From Octopus bimaculoides (taxonomy: Eukaryota): DNA of 64,000 bases. Under the pieces are notes generated by a model. The model worked only from the letters and a program-made list of their open reading frames with translations, was not told where the DNA came from and did not search any database. The stretch is taken from contig NC_068990.1 of assembly GCF_001194135.2 (NCBI RefSeq), positions 83,424,671-83,488,670 on the forward strand, read 5' to 3'. The first letter of the stretch is position 1. The number at the start of each line of letters is the position of its first letter. Positions 26,665 through 39,910 of this stretch are shown here, one piece after another. Both the position numbers and the translations under genes were made by a program.

Positions 26665-26872
26665 AGATGCTTATACAGCCTTATCATACAAAACACCAAA
26701 CACCTGGGCATTTATAAACACCATCAGACAAAACATGAAACTTCCACACACTTATACAGCACCATCATATAAAAGCACCAAACACTAAGACACTATGCAA
26801 GACTATCACACAAAACCTCAACCACCCATAATTCATACAATACCATCATAAAAAAAAGTATCAAACACCTCA
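26665..26872. repeat. Degenerate ~40-41-bp minisatellite, 5 units
   Basis: TTATACAGC.CC.ATCA.ACAAAAC.CCAAACAC-like units start at 26671, 26712, 26752, 26793 and 26833. Confidence 0.7.
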
Positions 26873-27112
26873 CCATTTCGAGCGTGGCCGTTGCCAGTAT
26901 CGCCTGACTGGCCTTCGTGCAGGTGACACGTAAAAGCACCTACTACACGCTCTGAGTGGTTGGCGTTAGGAAGGGCATCCAGCTGTAGAAACTCTGCCAA
27001 GTTTAGATTGGAGCCTGGTGTTGCCATCCGGTTTCACCAGTCCTCAGTCAAGTCGTCCAACCCATGCTAGCATGGAAAGCGGACGTTAAACGATGATGAT
27101 GATGATGATGAT
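26872..27112 (+). mobile_element. Family D retroposon
   Basis: ..GGCGTTAGGAAGGGCATCCAGCTGTAGAAACTCTGCC..GCGGACGTTAAAC(GAT)n. Confidence 0.88.
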
Positions 27113-27125
27113 CACCCAAAATAAA

Positions 27126-27257
27126 CATGTGAATGTGTGGTAAGTAGCTTGCTTACCAACCACATGGTTCTGGGTTCAGTCCCACTGCGTGGCACCTTGG
27201 GCAAGTGTCTTCTACTATAGCCTCGGGTCGACCAAAGGCTTGTGAGTGGATTTGGTA
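27126..27257 (+). mobile_element. SINE family C 5' module running into gap
   Basis: TGTGTGGTAAGTAGCTTGCTTACC..GCTTGTGAGTGGATTTGGTA. Confidence 0.8.
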
Positions 27258-27341
27258 NNNNNNNNNNNNNNNNNNNNNNNNNNNNNNNNNNNNNNNNNNN
27301 NNNNNNNNNNNNNNNNNNNNNNNNNNNNACGGAAACTGAAA

Positions 27342-27573
27342 GGCGACGAGCTGGCAGAAACGTTAGTGCGCAGGGCAAAATACTTAGCTGTATTTCGTCT
27401 GCCGTTACATCCTGAGTTCAAATTCTGCAGAGGTCGACTTTGCCTTTCATCCTTTCGAGGTCGATAAATTAAGTACCAGTTATGCACTGGGGTCGATGTA
27501 ATTGACTTAATCCGTTTGTCTGTCCTTGTTTGTCCCCTCTATGTTTAGCCCCTTGTGAGCAATAAAGAAATAG
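27342..27573 (+). mobile_element. tRNA-derived SINE family E, full length
   Basis: GGCGACGAGCTGGCAGAAACGTTAG head, GAGTTCAAATTC B box, central GGTCGACTTTGCCTTTCATCCTTTCG.GGTCGATAAA..AAGTACCAG domain. Confidence 0.88.
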
Positions 27574-28606
27574 AAACAGAAAGAAGCCCGGGCCCATGAG
27601 CCTGGCTAGGCTTTGAAAGGGTGCAGAAAAAAAAAAGGGATAATGAATAAACGGTATCTTCATGAAAATAATGTTGTAAAGGATGCTCCATTGCCTGGTG
27701 TGATGAGCTGTTTTTTGCAATTCTTAATTTATATCTTTGCAAATTAAGGAGAGATAAATAAGGAGACAGAGTTCCCAAACTGAAGGAATCTGAGGTAGAT
27801 GCAACAGAAAAATAAATAAATAAGTAATATTTACAAGAGAATTGTAATGAAGATGTAGATGTGAACATCAGCTGATGCAACATGATAAAATGAGGTGGGT
27901 CTGTAATTGGAGCTAGGAAGCAGTGAAAGGTATTGGTTGTGGTTGCCGTACCGATAGCAAAAAAAAACCACATCACTCCAAGAGTGGGTGTGGTTTCTGA
28001 GTAAAGCCAGTTGATAATAAATAAACAAAAAGAAACACTTTAAGTGGTTAAAAAGAAATTACTGGCCTATTTAAAAAATAAAATAAAATAAAATAAAAAA
28101 AAGTAACAAATATAAATTCTTTTGGGACATTGCAAGTAGCAGCAGACAAATAACCAAGCAAATAAATAAATAAATAAATAAATAAATAGGAAAAAAAAAA
28201 GTTGGCATGAAGTCTAATATGCTCTTGGAAGGAACCTATTGACATCAAGTCTAAATATACCAAATAACATCTCCACCAGCGTAGCTTGCATTCTTGGACT
28301 TTCAACAAAAATAACATTGTAGTAATCCATAAAGAATGTTTTAAGCTAACGACCAAACAGAGGAATAACATTTGAGGAAAATACCACACTAAGTGGTGCC
28401 CATTTCTAACAACGACACTGAGAACCATGTAAACCTAGGTCAACAGTGATTCTTAACAGCTACATCACAAACCATATGAACCATGGTCAACGCAAATTTC
28501 TAACAAGTAAACTATTATATAACCTGGGTTGACATCAATTTTTAACAACCAAACCATTTAGAGCTTTTACTTCCTGACTAAGATTTTAAAATTATGTATT
28601 CATAAA

Positions 28607-28995
28607 GCGCAGGAGTGGCTGTGTGGTAAGTAGCTTGCTTACCAACCACATGGTTCCGGGTTCAGTCCCACTGCATGACACCTTGGGCAAGTGTCTTCTA
28701 CTATAGTCTTGAGCCGACCAAAGCCTTGTGAGTGGATTTGGTAGACGGAAACTGAAAGAAACCCGTAGTATATATGTATATGTATATATATGTGTGTGTT
28801 TGTGTTTGTCCCCCTCCCCCCAACATCGCTTGACAACCAATGCTGGTGCGTTTACGTCCCTATAACTTAGCGGTTCGGCAAAAGAGACAGAGAATAAGTA
28901 CTAGGCTTACAAAGAATAAGTCCTGGAATCGATTTGCTCGACTAAAGGCGGTGCTCCAGCATGGCCACAGTCAAATGACTGAAACAAGTAAAAGA
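28607..28995 (+). mobile_element. SINE family C, full length
   Basis: Collinear with 17264-17713, with a short internal microsatellite. Confidence 0.9.
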
Positions 28996-29456
28996 TTATA
29001 TCTGGTGTATTGTAGAAATATAGCCAATGTATTGCACATAAATTATAGCAACAAAATCTTAAGTGGAACCCCAAGGGCCATGTGGACCCACTGCTGTAAA
29101 GGATACAAGGTAGAGGGAACTAGTTACCCCTAGAGCAGGCAACTTTTCATGTGCTGGTGATAAAATAAGATGTAACATAGCATCCAATTATAAAAGCCAA
29201 GGCCAAAATATAACTTACAGAAGAACTAAGGTTGGCAGTGTTTCTTTTGTTGTTTGTGCCAGATGGCAAAGACCCTCTGTAAATGCCAATATGTTATGAG
29301 GTCTGCATGGAAAAACAAAAGCAGTGATGATGATGAATGGAGCTTAGGAGAGAGTTTTATGTGTTGCTGTTGTTGTTGATGATGATGTCTACAACTTTGT
29401 ACTTACTACACAAACTGAATCCAGACAGGTAAGAAAGCGGTACAAGTTGTTACGAA

Positions 29457-29659
29457 TTTCTTTATTGCCCACAAGGGGCTAAACATAGAGGGGACAAACA
29501 AGGACAGACAAAGGGATTAAGTCGATTATATCCTTCCCAGTGTGGAAGGATGAAAGGCAAAGTCGACCTCGGCGGAATTTGAACTCAGAACGTAACGGCA
29601 GATGAAATACCGCTAAGCATTTCGCCCGGCGGGCTAACGTTTCTGCCAGCTCACCGCCA
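29457..29659 (-). mobile_element. SINE family E with internal deletion
   Basis: Reverse complement of the 27342 copy, lacking part of the central domain. Confidence 0.85.
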
Positions 29660-30284
29660 GTTTTTACTATGTTAATGTTTGCCACCAGGTTAGCCCTTAT
29701 TGAACAGAGAAGCTTGATGAAAGAGAGTTCCTGTCGTGACCATCCCCACCAGTTTGAACATCGTCATTTGATATCTGCTTTCCACATTGACCTGGGTTGG
29801 ACAGTCAGACCAGAGCTGAAGAACTGCACCAGGTTTCCTGTCTGGTTTCTTTCTACAGCTTGATGCCCACCCTTCCTAACACCAACCATCTTATTGTTCA
29901 AAGAGCCCTTTTTTTTTGTCTTTTTCTTTTTTTTTTTTTTTAAGATAGCGGAAGTGTAATATGAGGCAAATATCTTACTACTGTCTCAAAAGAAGCTGTA
30001 GGACTGAGGAATGGAGAGGATCTTCCATGGGGCAAGGTAAGAGAAGACAGTGAAGGAATGATGTAGGGAAAGGCAGATTAGAAGAAAAGAGCATGGGAAG
30101 AAAACAAGATGTAGGTGAAGACAGAACAGAGATGGCGAGGAGGAGGAGGTGATGATGATGATGAGGAGGAGAAGGAGGAGAAGGAGGGGAGGAAAACAGT
30201 AATAAGATTAAAATGAGAAAGAAACAAAGATGGAGAAGGATATGATGGATGGCTAAGCAGACCAAAGAGTAACAATGAACATGA

Positions 30285-30540
30285 TAATGACGGTGGTGGT
30301 GGTGGTGGTGGTGGTGGTAGTAGCTATAGTGGTACTGGTAGCCATAGTGGTGGTGGTGGTGACGGTGATGGTGGTGACGGTGGTTCTCCTACTGCAGATG
30401 ACACTAAAGAAGATGATGATGATGGTGGTACTGGTGGTTGCGGTGGTGGTGGTGGCAGGAGCAGTTGTAGTAGCGATGGTGTTATGTGTTACTGGTGGTG
30501 GATGGTGAGTGAGATGGAAATGGTGGTGGTGGTGGTGGTT
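30285..30540. repeat. (GGT/GAT/TAG)n trinucleotide low-complexity tract
   Basis: Directly visible. It accounts for the Val-rich spurious ORF. Confidence 0.9.
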
Positions 30541-30707
30541 TTTGCATGAAGGAAGGGAAGACAGAAATGACTTAGATTTTTTCTATCATCACATAATCAA
30601 CCCGACAGACACACACACACACACACTAACAAATCCATTGATACAAACCAACTCACATTTACACCCATGTACACACAGTCACAAGGTCCACACACATTAC
30701 CAACAAT

Positions 30708-30742
<35 letters not shown>

Positions 30743-31308
30743 GAGGTAAGCGATAAACCCCCTCCTCCCCATCATTCTCTAAACAACATCATTTTCTACA
30801 ATAGTAATCAAATTGAAGCTGTCAGCTGTCCGACATGTCAAACTTTGAAATTTAATCATCTCCAGCAAGTTTAGACAGCAAGACCAAACAAGTAGCAATA
30901 TTTATTTTACCTGTGAAGCGAAGACCCTGATACCCTGGCACTTGGCTACCTACACCAACAGAGAGCTACCCAGCTGTCACAGAAAACTGTGAGCCAGTGG
31001 TGGTGATGGTGGTGGTGGCAGGTTTTAAAATAAATATAACATTAAACAATGTGTGAATTATGTTGATAACCTTCTGACTACAGACTTGTTGTCTCCAAGT
31101 GCACCAATACATTCTAACTTCAACCCCTTTAACCCTTCTGATGTCAACCAGACTGAAACCACTGTCTTTGATTCCATGATACAGACTTTCTGTTTTAATT
31201 CTATAGCATTTAAACTGGCCATATCCGGTCAAAAATATACTACCAATTTTATGTTCAAAATGACCAGGTCCAGCCATTTGCACTTGCCATTCAGAAAAAT
31301 AAAACAAT

Positions 31309-31594
31309 CATCACCATCATCACCATCATCATTGTTTAACGTCTGCTTTCCAGGCTGGCATGGGTTGGACAGTTCAACTAAGGACTGGCAAGCTAGGGAG
31401 AGGGGGGGGGCTGCACCAGGCTCCAATCTGATCTGGCAAGGTTTCTTTCTACAGCTGGATGTCCTTCCTAACGCCAACCACTCTGAGAGTGAGGTGCGTG
31501 CTTTTTACGTGCCACAGGCACGGGGGGTGGGGGGAAGTTTGGTGGCACTGGCATCAACCACACTCGAATGGTGCATTTTATTTGCCACCGGCAC
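31309..31594 (-). mobile_element. Family D retroposon nested in a TTAA-type MITE
   Basis: D motifs are flanked by MITE sequence (..AAATAAAACAATC / CATCAAAATCTC..) that is contiguous in the copy at 51732. Confidence 0.8.
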
Positions 31595-31694
31595 ACATCA
31601 TCAAAATCTCAAAACTATGAGATATTGCATCATTAGTTCTGAACAATGTAAATAAATAAGCATCACATTTCACAGAGTAATCTGAATGTACATA

Positions 31695-31880
31695 TATACG
31701 ACAGGCTTCTTTCAGTTTCCATCTACCAAATCCACTTACAAGGCTTTGGTCGGCCCGAGGCTTTAGTAGAAGACACTTGCCCNNNNNNNNNNTACAAGGC
31801 TTTGGTCGGCCCGAGGCTTTAGTAGAAGACACTTGCCCAAGGTGCCACGCAGTGGGACTGAACCCAGAACCATATGGTTG
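31695..31880 (-). mobile_element. SINE family C 5' module (partly duplicated across a 10-N gap)
   Basis: Minus-strand 5' module. The ACAAGGCTTTGGTCGGCCCGAGGCTTTAGTAGAAGACACTTGCCC block appears on both sides of the gap. Confidence 0.8.
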
Positions 31881-31884
31881 GTAA

Positions 31885-32100
31885 GCAAACTGTGTCTTTG
31901 TGTCTATGTTTGTCCTACCACCACCACCACTTGAGAACCTGTGTTGGTTTGTTTACATCCCCATAACTTTGTGGTTCAGGAAAAGAGACTGATAGGATTG
32001 GTACACGGCTTAAAAAAATAAATCCTGAAACTGATTCATTCGATTAAAAATGGCAGTGCTCCAGAATGGTCGCTCTCTAATGACTGAAACAAGTAAACAA
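31885..32100 (+). mobile_element. SINE family C 3' module, diverged
   Basis: GTGTCTATGTTTGTCC..CAGTGCTCCAGAATGG..TGACTGAAACAAGTAAA. Confidence 0.7.
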
Positions 32101-32834
32101 TTTTATATAACACAACACACAGCATTGTATTTATACTTATATATGTAGTTTTGGCTTATTTAATACTCAGTGCAAATTTGAAAGTACTGCATTATGTATT
32201 TTTTGTTAATATAAAATTGTATTTATTTAATTTATTTTATGTTGTTTCGTAAACAATAAGACCGTTAATTTTTAGACTTCATCCAACAGGCCTTCAGTGG
32301 TTCACTGCGACCATGACAAGAGTGACAAGAAGAGAACAACTTCAATGGAATAAATATCATGCAAAGAATTATTATTTGAAAGCAACAGGCTGTCAGTGTT
32401 CTTGCCTGTGTTTACATTGGTCACTAACATCATTGCCAAAACATATCTGCACACACACATATTTCCGTGTGTGTGTGAATTCATATTCATAGTTTCTTGT
32501 TTCATTTTTTACAATTTTGTTCAAGATCAGGCATGAAACTTGAAGTTACAAAAATTTGAAGTTTCACCTGTAATATATATCATCATCATCATCATCATCA
32601 TTTAACATCCGTTTTTCCATGCTGGCAAGGATTCAATGGTTTAACAGGAGCTGGCTAGCTGAAGAGCTGCCCTGGCGCCATGTCTGTTTCGGCTTGGTTT
32701 CCACTGCTGGATGTATCCTCCGAATGCCAACCACTTTATAGAGTGTACTGGTTGCTTTAATGCAGCACCAGCACAGGATGTGTGTGTGTTCATCTCTATA
32801 TCTGTGTGTATGTGTATGTATATATGTATGTACA

Positions 32835-32875
<41 letters not shown>

Positions 32876-33520
32876 TTCTATCTGCTTGTTTTAATGGCTT
32901 TATAATCATAAAATGGTTTTTGTTTAAACTCAGATCAGTCCTGATTCAACAGATTCATGATGAAAGACATTCCACCAATGACCATCCAATACCTTTCTGC
33001 TCAACACAGTGAATTTTAGTTCTACATCATCCAAAGTGTCCCCTCTCTTTTTTCCAAGAGACAAGAGTATTTATTAAGAGAGACCTGGTTGCCCAAGCGA
33101 CAGGAATCTGGAAAAGAGGAAGGTCAAGGAAGGCATGGAAATAAATNNNNNNNNNNNNNNNNNNNNNNNNNNNNNNNNNNNNNNNNNNNNNNNNNNNNNN
33201 NNNNNNNNNNNNNNNNNNNNNNNNNNNNNNNNNNNNNNNNNNNNNNNNNNNNNNNNNNNNNNNNNNNNNNNNNNNNNNNNNNNNNNNNNNNNNNNNNNNN
33301 NNNNNNNNNNNNNNNNNNNNNNNNNNNNNNNNNNNNNNNNNNNNNNNNNNNNNNNNNNNNNNNNNNNNNNNNNNNNNNNNNNNNNNNNNNNNNNNNNNNN
33401 NNNNNNNNNNNNNNNNNNNNNNNNNNNNNNNNNNNNNNNNNNNNNNNNNNNNNNNNNNNNNNNNNNNNNNNNNNNNNNNNNNNNNNNNNNNNNNNNNNNN
33501 NAAACACATACACACACATA

Positions 33521-33703
33521 TATATACATATACATATATACGACAGGCTTCTTTCAGTTTCCGTCTACCAAATCCACTCACAAGGCTTTGGTCGGCCCGA
33601 GGCTATAGTAGAAGGCACTTGCCCAAGGTGCCACGCAGTGGGACTGAACCCGGAACCATGTGGTTGGTAAGCAAGTTACTTACCACACAGCCACTCCTAC
33701 GCC
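33521..33703 (-). mobile_element. SINE family C 5' module adjoining gap
   Basis: Near-consensus reverse complement. Confidence 0.85.
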
Positions 33704-34123
33704 CAAATATTTATGTAGGAGTTCACATCCACAGTCTTATGATGTGAATTTTTTTTTTTTTCCCAAGACAAAAAGTTAGCAGTAAATGCGTCATCAATTA
33801 ACATAATTATTAATTACATTATTTTCATTATTTTTGGTAGTGACTAACAATATCTGCACACATTGATTTCTTTCATATGGTGGCTACAAAATGTGTGTGG
33901 CCCATGCATGCACACACACGGATATACAAAGTACGCACAGGAAACAAATGTAAAATGATGATGATGATGGCAGTAACAAAATAAGCTTCCAAGAAGCCTG
34001 ATCCAAGGTCAGACTTCCTGGTTATTGTCTGCTACCCTATCCACAAGGTCATCCAGACAATCTATCTATCTACATAATGGACAATCTATCTAAGTATCAT
34101 ATCGTATTCATCTATCTAGACGA

Positions 34124-34176
34124 GGAGAATGAAACAGAGATGGGGTATTTGGAGAATGAAACAGAGATGGGGTATT
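34124..34176. repeat. 27-bp tandem duplication
   Basis: GGAGAATGAAACAGAGATGGGGTATT at 34124 and 34151. Confidence 0.9.
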
Positions 34177-34582
34177 CAAGTCTTCACCAGGAGTTCTAAT
34201 TATAACTCCAAATCACCTACAATTAAGCAGATTAATGATTAAAACCACTTCAGCCATGACCTGAACATCCAGTCTTTCTAATGATATCCAGTACTACATA
34301 ATATCAAACTTGCCCTTACTATATTTAAAATGTTCAGATATAATCTAAAGGAGAATCGGCTGTTATTCCTAGCAGGTTGAGCATCAAGATAGAGGTTTAC
34401 TCATCTGCTTGTCTTGTCTCAAGTAATTACTTGTGACAATCAAGTTTATGTTTGCCGAGATGATTCAAAAGGTTATTGCTGTGTGAACCACATTGTAACC
34501 ATCTCACATTCGCTTGTCATAAGCATTGTCATCATCATCATCATCAAAATACACATCATCTAGTATTTAGAGATGATGTGTA

Positions 34583-34620
34583 TGTGGATTTGATAGACGG
34601 AAACTGAAAGAAGCCCATCC

Positions 34621-34667
<47 letters not shown>

Positions 34668-34902
34668 CATATATGTGTGTGTATGTGTGTGTGTGTGTTT
34701 GTGTGGCTGTGTTTATCACCCCACCCACATCGCTTGACAACACTGGTGTGTTTACATCCCCGTAACTTAGCAGTTCAGCAAAAGGAGATCGGTAGAGTAA
34801 GTACTGGGCTTACAAAGAGTAGGTCCTGGAGTCAATTTGTTCAACTAAAAGGCGATGCTCCAGCATGGCCGCAGTCAAATGACTGAAACAAATAAAAGAA
34901 TA
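34583..34902 (+). mobile_element. SINE family C, 5'-truncated
   Basis: GACGGAAACTGAAAGAAGCCC, (TA)n(TG)n, complete 3' module. Confidence 0.85.
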
Positions 34903-35384
34903 AATCTACTATCCAAGGCAGATAATTGATGGAACGACAACAGCAATGGACCAGACTCCCTTGTATTATTTGTCCCAGCTTTCTTTGAATTCTGAGTTCA
35001 AATCCCACTGTGGCCTACATTGATGATTGATTTAATCCATTGCCTGAATGAACACCCACCACCCTAGCACCTAGGGTGCCTTTAAGAGTCCACACTGTTG
35101 CAAGTGTTCAGGTCAGATCTCCAGTCTGAAAATAGCTTCTTCCTTCCCGTTAAATACCAAACCATGTGAGAGGACCTCTGTAACAATGATACAAAGTGCT
35201 TCGTTTTAAACTATTGGTATTTAAATTAAGACCTTTCATTGTAATTTTACATAAGACCATTTTTGTTATATTCCAAAGACCCAACTTAATTCTGAAAAAG
35301 TTAATTATTCCAGTTAGTTAAACAAAGATTTCTTTCATTGACACATGAATTCAGCATTTTCAAGGATAGATATTTGCTAGTGCT

Positions 35385-35725
35385 ATGTCCACGGGCATTG
35401 GCAATCACAGACCTGCAAGCCCTCGTCTCTCTCTCACACACACACAACTCAGCTTATTATTAGGCTTAGGCTGGTCTTTCTAAAACCAACTAGTAAGGCC
35501 ATCAAGAATCTTCTCTTTGTTTTCCCTGGCTTCTGTTCAGTTTATCAGCTGTCACCAAATGTTCAAGATTTCTTTGCCTCATACGGTATCCAATAAACCG
35601 AGCTTGTAGTTTAAGAAGTTTTTCTGCTGATCTTATCTCATCTAATGACGTCTACATCTGTCACTCTAAGCAGGACACCTTCAGCATTCGTCTGAGGAGG
35701 CACGTTTCTACAACATCAAATGGAG
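35385..35725 (-). mobile_element. RTE-type LINE ORF2 C-terminal remnant
   Basis: Minus-strand translation across stops and frameshifts gives FDVVETCLLRRMLKVSC.. then LQARFIGYRMRQRNLEHLVTADKL.RSQGKQRE..LDGLTSW then CRSVIANARGHST. This matches the RTE C-terminal pattern (EMW..RRML.ISW / F.GH.MR / GRQR). Confidence 0.7.
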
Positions 35726-35885
35726 TCCAAAACTAAAAACTATTTTACCAACCCCAATTTTCCCAAAGAAATGAAAGGTGAAATCAGACATACAAAGATT
35801 TGAAACCAAAACATACAGGAATGATTTAAACATTTCATCTCCTATACAACTGTACCTTCCATCATATTACAAGTATAATTAACAA

Positions 35886-35990
35886 TTTGGAGCCTGGTGT
35901 AGCCATCTGGTTCACCAGTCCTCAGTCAAATCATCCAACCCATGCTAACATGGAAAGCAGACATTAAAAGATAATGATGATGATGATGAC
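35886..35990 (+). mobile_element. Family D 3' fragment
   Basis: TTGGAGCCTGGTG..CATGGAAAGCAGACATTAAA(GAT)n. Confidence 0.8.
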
Positions 35991-37177
35991 ACAATAATTA
36001 TAGTTACACACACACACTTCATCTGTACATCAGTGATATTTCTTAAAGAGAACCTGGATGGATGCAAAGCAAAGTCAATCCTGACAAAGATTTTGAGCTA
36101 ATATCATAAAAGAGACAGAAGTAAATGTAAGATCTTTAATCCTGTACTCTACAAGGGTTATGATGAAGACCACCACCACCACCACCACCAGTACTCAGTA
36201 CTCTACTGAAATTACAATTCAGACAGAAGTTCAAGACTAGCTCCAAGCAATGTGCTGGGATACACACCACCAGCAGTAAGTACAGAGGATTAACAACTGT
36301 CTCACTGTGCCATAGCCCTAGAGTCTCAATTATCACACTATTGGCCCATACACAATTCATCACTGGATACTGGAGTGCAAAATACTGCTCTCGACAAAGC
36401 AATGAAGTGGTATAACTAGAAAAACAGATCAGCAGGATTGTGCATGGGTGTTTAAAAGACTAGCTGGATGATGATGTAGTTCAGAAGGATCATAGCTGAT
36501 CTATGAGTACTCAACAACAAACACACTTCATGAGGGACTATTTATCAATAGCACTTTAGTAAGAATGAGGTGTACATTCTTGGGTATCTATCAAGCCAAC
36601 ACAGCAGTTTATACATAATCACTTGACTTACAAGATTTTGTAACCAAATCTCCCTCATATCAAATTTATATTCTTCAAAAATGAATGACACATGCTTCTT
36701 GAGACATTCACAAATCAACTAATCTGAGGCCACAAAGGGGCTGAGACAGGATATGAAACTGATTTCTTGGTTGCTGGTCTGCAACCCTTACTATTCCATC
36801 ATCCATACTTTCTATCTTATTTATCTATGTACATAATTCGGTGTATATGTTTCTATCTTTATAAGTGACTATTTATATTACTGTCTATTTATCTATCTAT
36901 CTGTATAACTATCAAGCGATCAAGCTGTCGTATCAATCAAATTTGTCTCACTACATTATCTATCTACATACCTCACAACATATCTATCTTTCTAGCTGCT
37001 AAACTACATATCTATCTATGATTCTATCTATCCTACAACTATATATATATATATATATANNNNNNNNNNNNNNNNNNNNNNNNNNNNNNNNNNNNNNNNN
37101 NNNNNNNNNNNNNNNNNNNNNNNNNNNNNNNNNNNNNNNNNNNNNNNNNNNNNNNNNNNNNNNNNNNNNNNNNNNNN

Positions 37178-37230
<53 letters not shown>

Positions 37231-37317
37231 TAACTGAACTACATATCTATGTGCTTAATATATCTGCCTATCTACATCTATCTATCTATTTCTATCTATC
37301 TATCTATTTCTTATTCC

Positions 37318-37531
37318 TTTACTACCCACAAGGGGCTAAGCATAGAGGGGACAAACAAGGACAGTCAAATAGATTAAGTCGATTATATCAACCCCAGTGC
37401 ATAGCTGGTACTTGTACTTATTTAATCGACCCCGAAAGGATGAAAGGCAAAGTCGACCTCGGCGGAATTTGAACTCAGAACGTAGCGGCAGATGAAATAC
37501 CGCTAAGCATTTCATCCGGCATGCTAACGTT
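37318..37531 (-). mobile_element. SINE family E
   Basis: Reverse complement of the 27342 copy. Confidence 0.85.
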
Positions 37532-37945
37532 TCTATCTATCTATTTCTATCTTTTTATCTATTTATCTATCTATCTATCTATCTATTTCTATCTATCTAC
37601 CTATCTATCAAGCTATCTGTGTGCCTCTCTGTCTCTCTATACTTCCACATGTCTTACCCCTGTATCTGCATGTCTACCCATTTCCAAACCCACACAAATA
37701 TTCTAATGATCACAAAATCCTAGTGTTGTGATCTTGCAAATAAAACCATCCATGCTGATGGTGGTGGTTGCTTAGGATATAGGAATGGTGGTGGATGGTT
37801 GCTAGGAGATGTTGAGATGGTAATAGTGGTTGTTGCTAGGGGATATAATAATGCATGGAGGTGGGCAAGGCAGCAGCATGTGTGTGTGTGTGTGTGTGTG
37901 TGTTGATGTGTGAATGGAGATAGAAAATATGAGAATCAGTGAATC

Positions 37946-37977
<32 letters not shown>

Positions 37978-38124
37978 AGAAAAGGTGTCTTCATGTGTTG
38001 AGAGAGAAGTAGAGAGAGAGGAAAATGGATAGTTGGAAACAAGGAAAGGAGAGAGTGGATGGATATGGGTAGTTAGAGACAGTTAGAGAGATGGAGAGGA
38101 GGGTAATTTAGAGATAAAGTGAGT

Positions 38125-38156
<32 letters not shown>

Positions 38157-39114
38157 NNNNNNNNNNNNNNNNNNNNNNNNNNNNNNNNNNNNNNNNNNNN
38201 NNNNNNNNNNNNNNNNNNNNNNNNNNNNNNNNNNNNNNNNNNNNNNNNNNNNNNNNNNNNNNNNNNNNNNNNNNNNNNNNNNNNNNNNNNNNNNNNNNNN
38301 NNNNNNNNNNNNNNNNNNNNNNNNNNNNNNNNNNNNNNNNNNNNNNNNNNNNNNNNNNNNNNNNNNNNNNNNNNGAGAGGGAGGGAGGGAGGGAGGAGTA
38401 GGTGTAGACAAAGAGATAAGGGAGAGAAGTGAGAAAAAAAAGAGAAAGAGAAGCGGACAAAGGAAATGAGAAGCAAACAAAGAGAGAAAGCGAGACACAT
38501 GAGAGACAAAGAGAGGGAAACAGAATGAGAGAGAGAGAAGGAGAGAGAGAGAGGGGGGAGAGAGAGAGAGAGAGAGAGGAGTCAATGGCAGTGGTGATTG
38601 TCTAGATAGAGATTATAGTTGCCAGGCAAGCTGTACTGGTGTATAAATCAGACATATGATTATATATGCATTGAAAAATGTGTCAATGATGACCATAATG
38701 ATGATGATGATGATGATGATGATAAAGATGATAATGACAGTGATGATGATGATTTCGTTGCAGTAGTGGTGGTGTTGGCAATGATGATAATGATGATGAT
38801 GATTTGGGTTTCTGCTTGTTTTTGTTTTTTGTTTTTTAGGTCAGTCCACCTACATTGTTGTCAACAGAACCAACAGTACATGCTGAGCTGTTGTTGCTGT
38901 TGTAATTCTTCTTGTTCTGATTGTTGTTGTTGTTGTTGTTAAGCTCCAGGTCAACTCTGATTAAACAGACATGTGATCAAAGACTTTACAGCTGTGATCA
39001 GTGATCATCCTTTCCTTTCTTTCTAGTCTAGCAGACCTATGATCAAACGATTTCCAGCCGTGACCAACCATCCTGATACTGTACCTAACTAGAAACTTTC
39101 TCGAATGTGTATCT

Positions 39115-39307
39115 CTTTACTCTTTTACTTGTTTCAGTCATTTGACTGCGGCCATGCTGGGGCACCGCCTTTAGTCAAACAAATCGACCTACTTATTCTT
39201 TGTAAGCCTAGTACTTATTCTATCGGTCTCTTTTGCCAAACCGCTAGGTTACGGGGACGTAAACACATCAGGATCGGTTGGCAAGCGATGTTGGGGGACA
39301 AACACAG

Positions 39308-39342
<35 letters not shown>
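39115..39342 (-). mobile_element. SINE family C 3' module adjoining gap
   Basis: Near-consensus reverse complement. Confidence 0.85.
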
Positions 39343-39667
39343 NNNNNNNNNNNNNNNNNNNNNNNNNNNNNNNNNNNNNNNNNNNNNNNNNNNNNNNNNN
39401 NNNNNNNNNNNNNNNNNNNNNNNNNNNNNNNNNNNNNNNNNNNNNNNNNNNNNNNNNNNNNNNNNNNNNNNNNNNNNNNNNNNNNNNNNNNNNNNNNNNN
39501 NNNNNNNNNNNNNNNNNNNNNNNNNNNNNNNNNNNNNNNNNNNNNNNNNNNNNNNNNNNNNNNNNNNNNNNNNNNNNNNNNNNNNNNNNNNNNNNNNNNN
39601 NNNNNNNNNNNNNNNNNNNNNNNNNNNNNNNNNNNNNNNNNNNNNNNNNNNNNNNNNNNNNNNNNNN

Positions 39668-39910
39668 TGTCTGTGTGTTTGTGTGTCTGTGTGTTTGTGT
39701 GTCTGTGTGTTTGTGTGTCTGTGTTTGTTCTCACAACATCGCTTGACAACCGATGCTGGTGTGTTTACATCCCCGTAACCTAGCGGTTCGGCAAAAGAGC
39801 CCGATAGAATAAGTACTAGGATTACAAAGAATAAGTCCTGGGGTCGATTTGCTCAACTAAAGGCGGTGCTCCAGCATGGCCGCAGTCAAATGACTGAAAC
39901 AAGTAACAGA
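39668..39910 (+). mobile_element. SINE family C 3' module adjoining gap
   Basis: Near-consensus 3' module preceded by a short (TGTGTC/TGTGTT)n array. Confidence 0.85.

Noticed and set aside
26665-26872. CRISPR-like periodicity
   Set aside because: The context is eukaryotic, the units are degenerate tandem copies without unique spacers, and there are no cas genes.
31738-31836. Tandem duplication across a 10-N gap
   Set aside because: This is the typical unmerged contig overlap artefact.
31695-32100. SINE-C 5' module inverted against a 3' module (twin-priming-like geometry)
   Set aside because: The two halves differ clearly in divergence and there is an assembly gap with duplicated sequence, so independent insertions are more likely.
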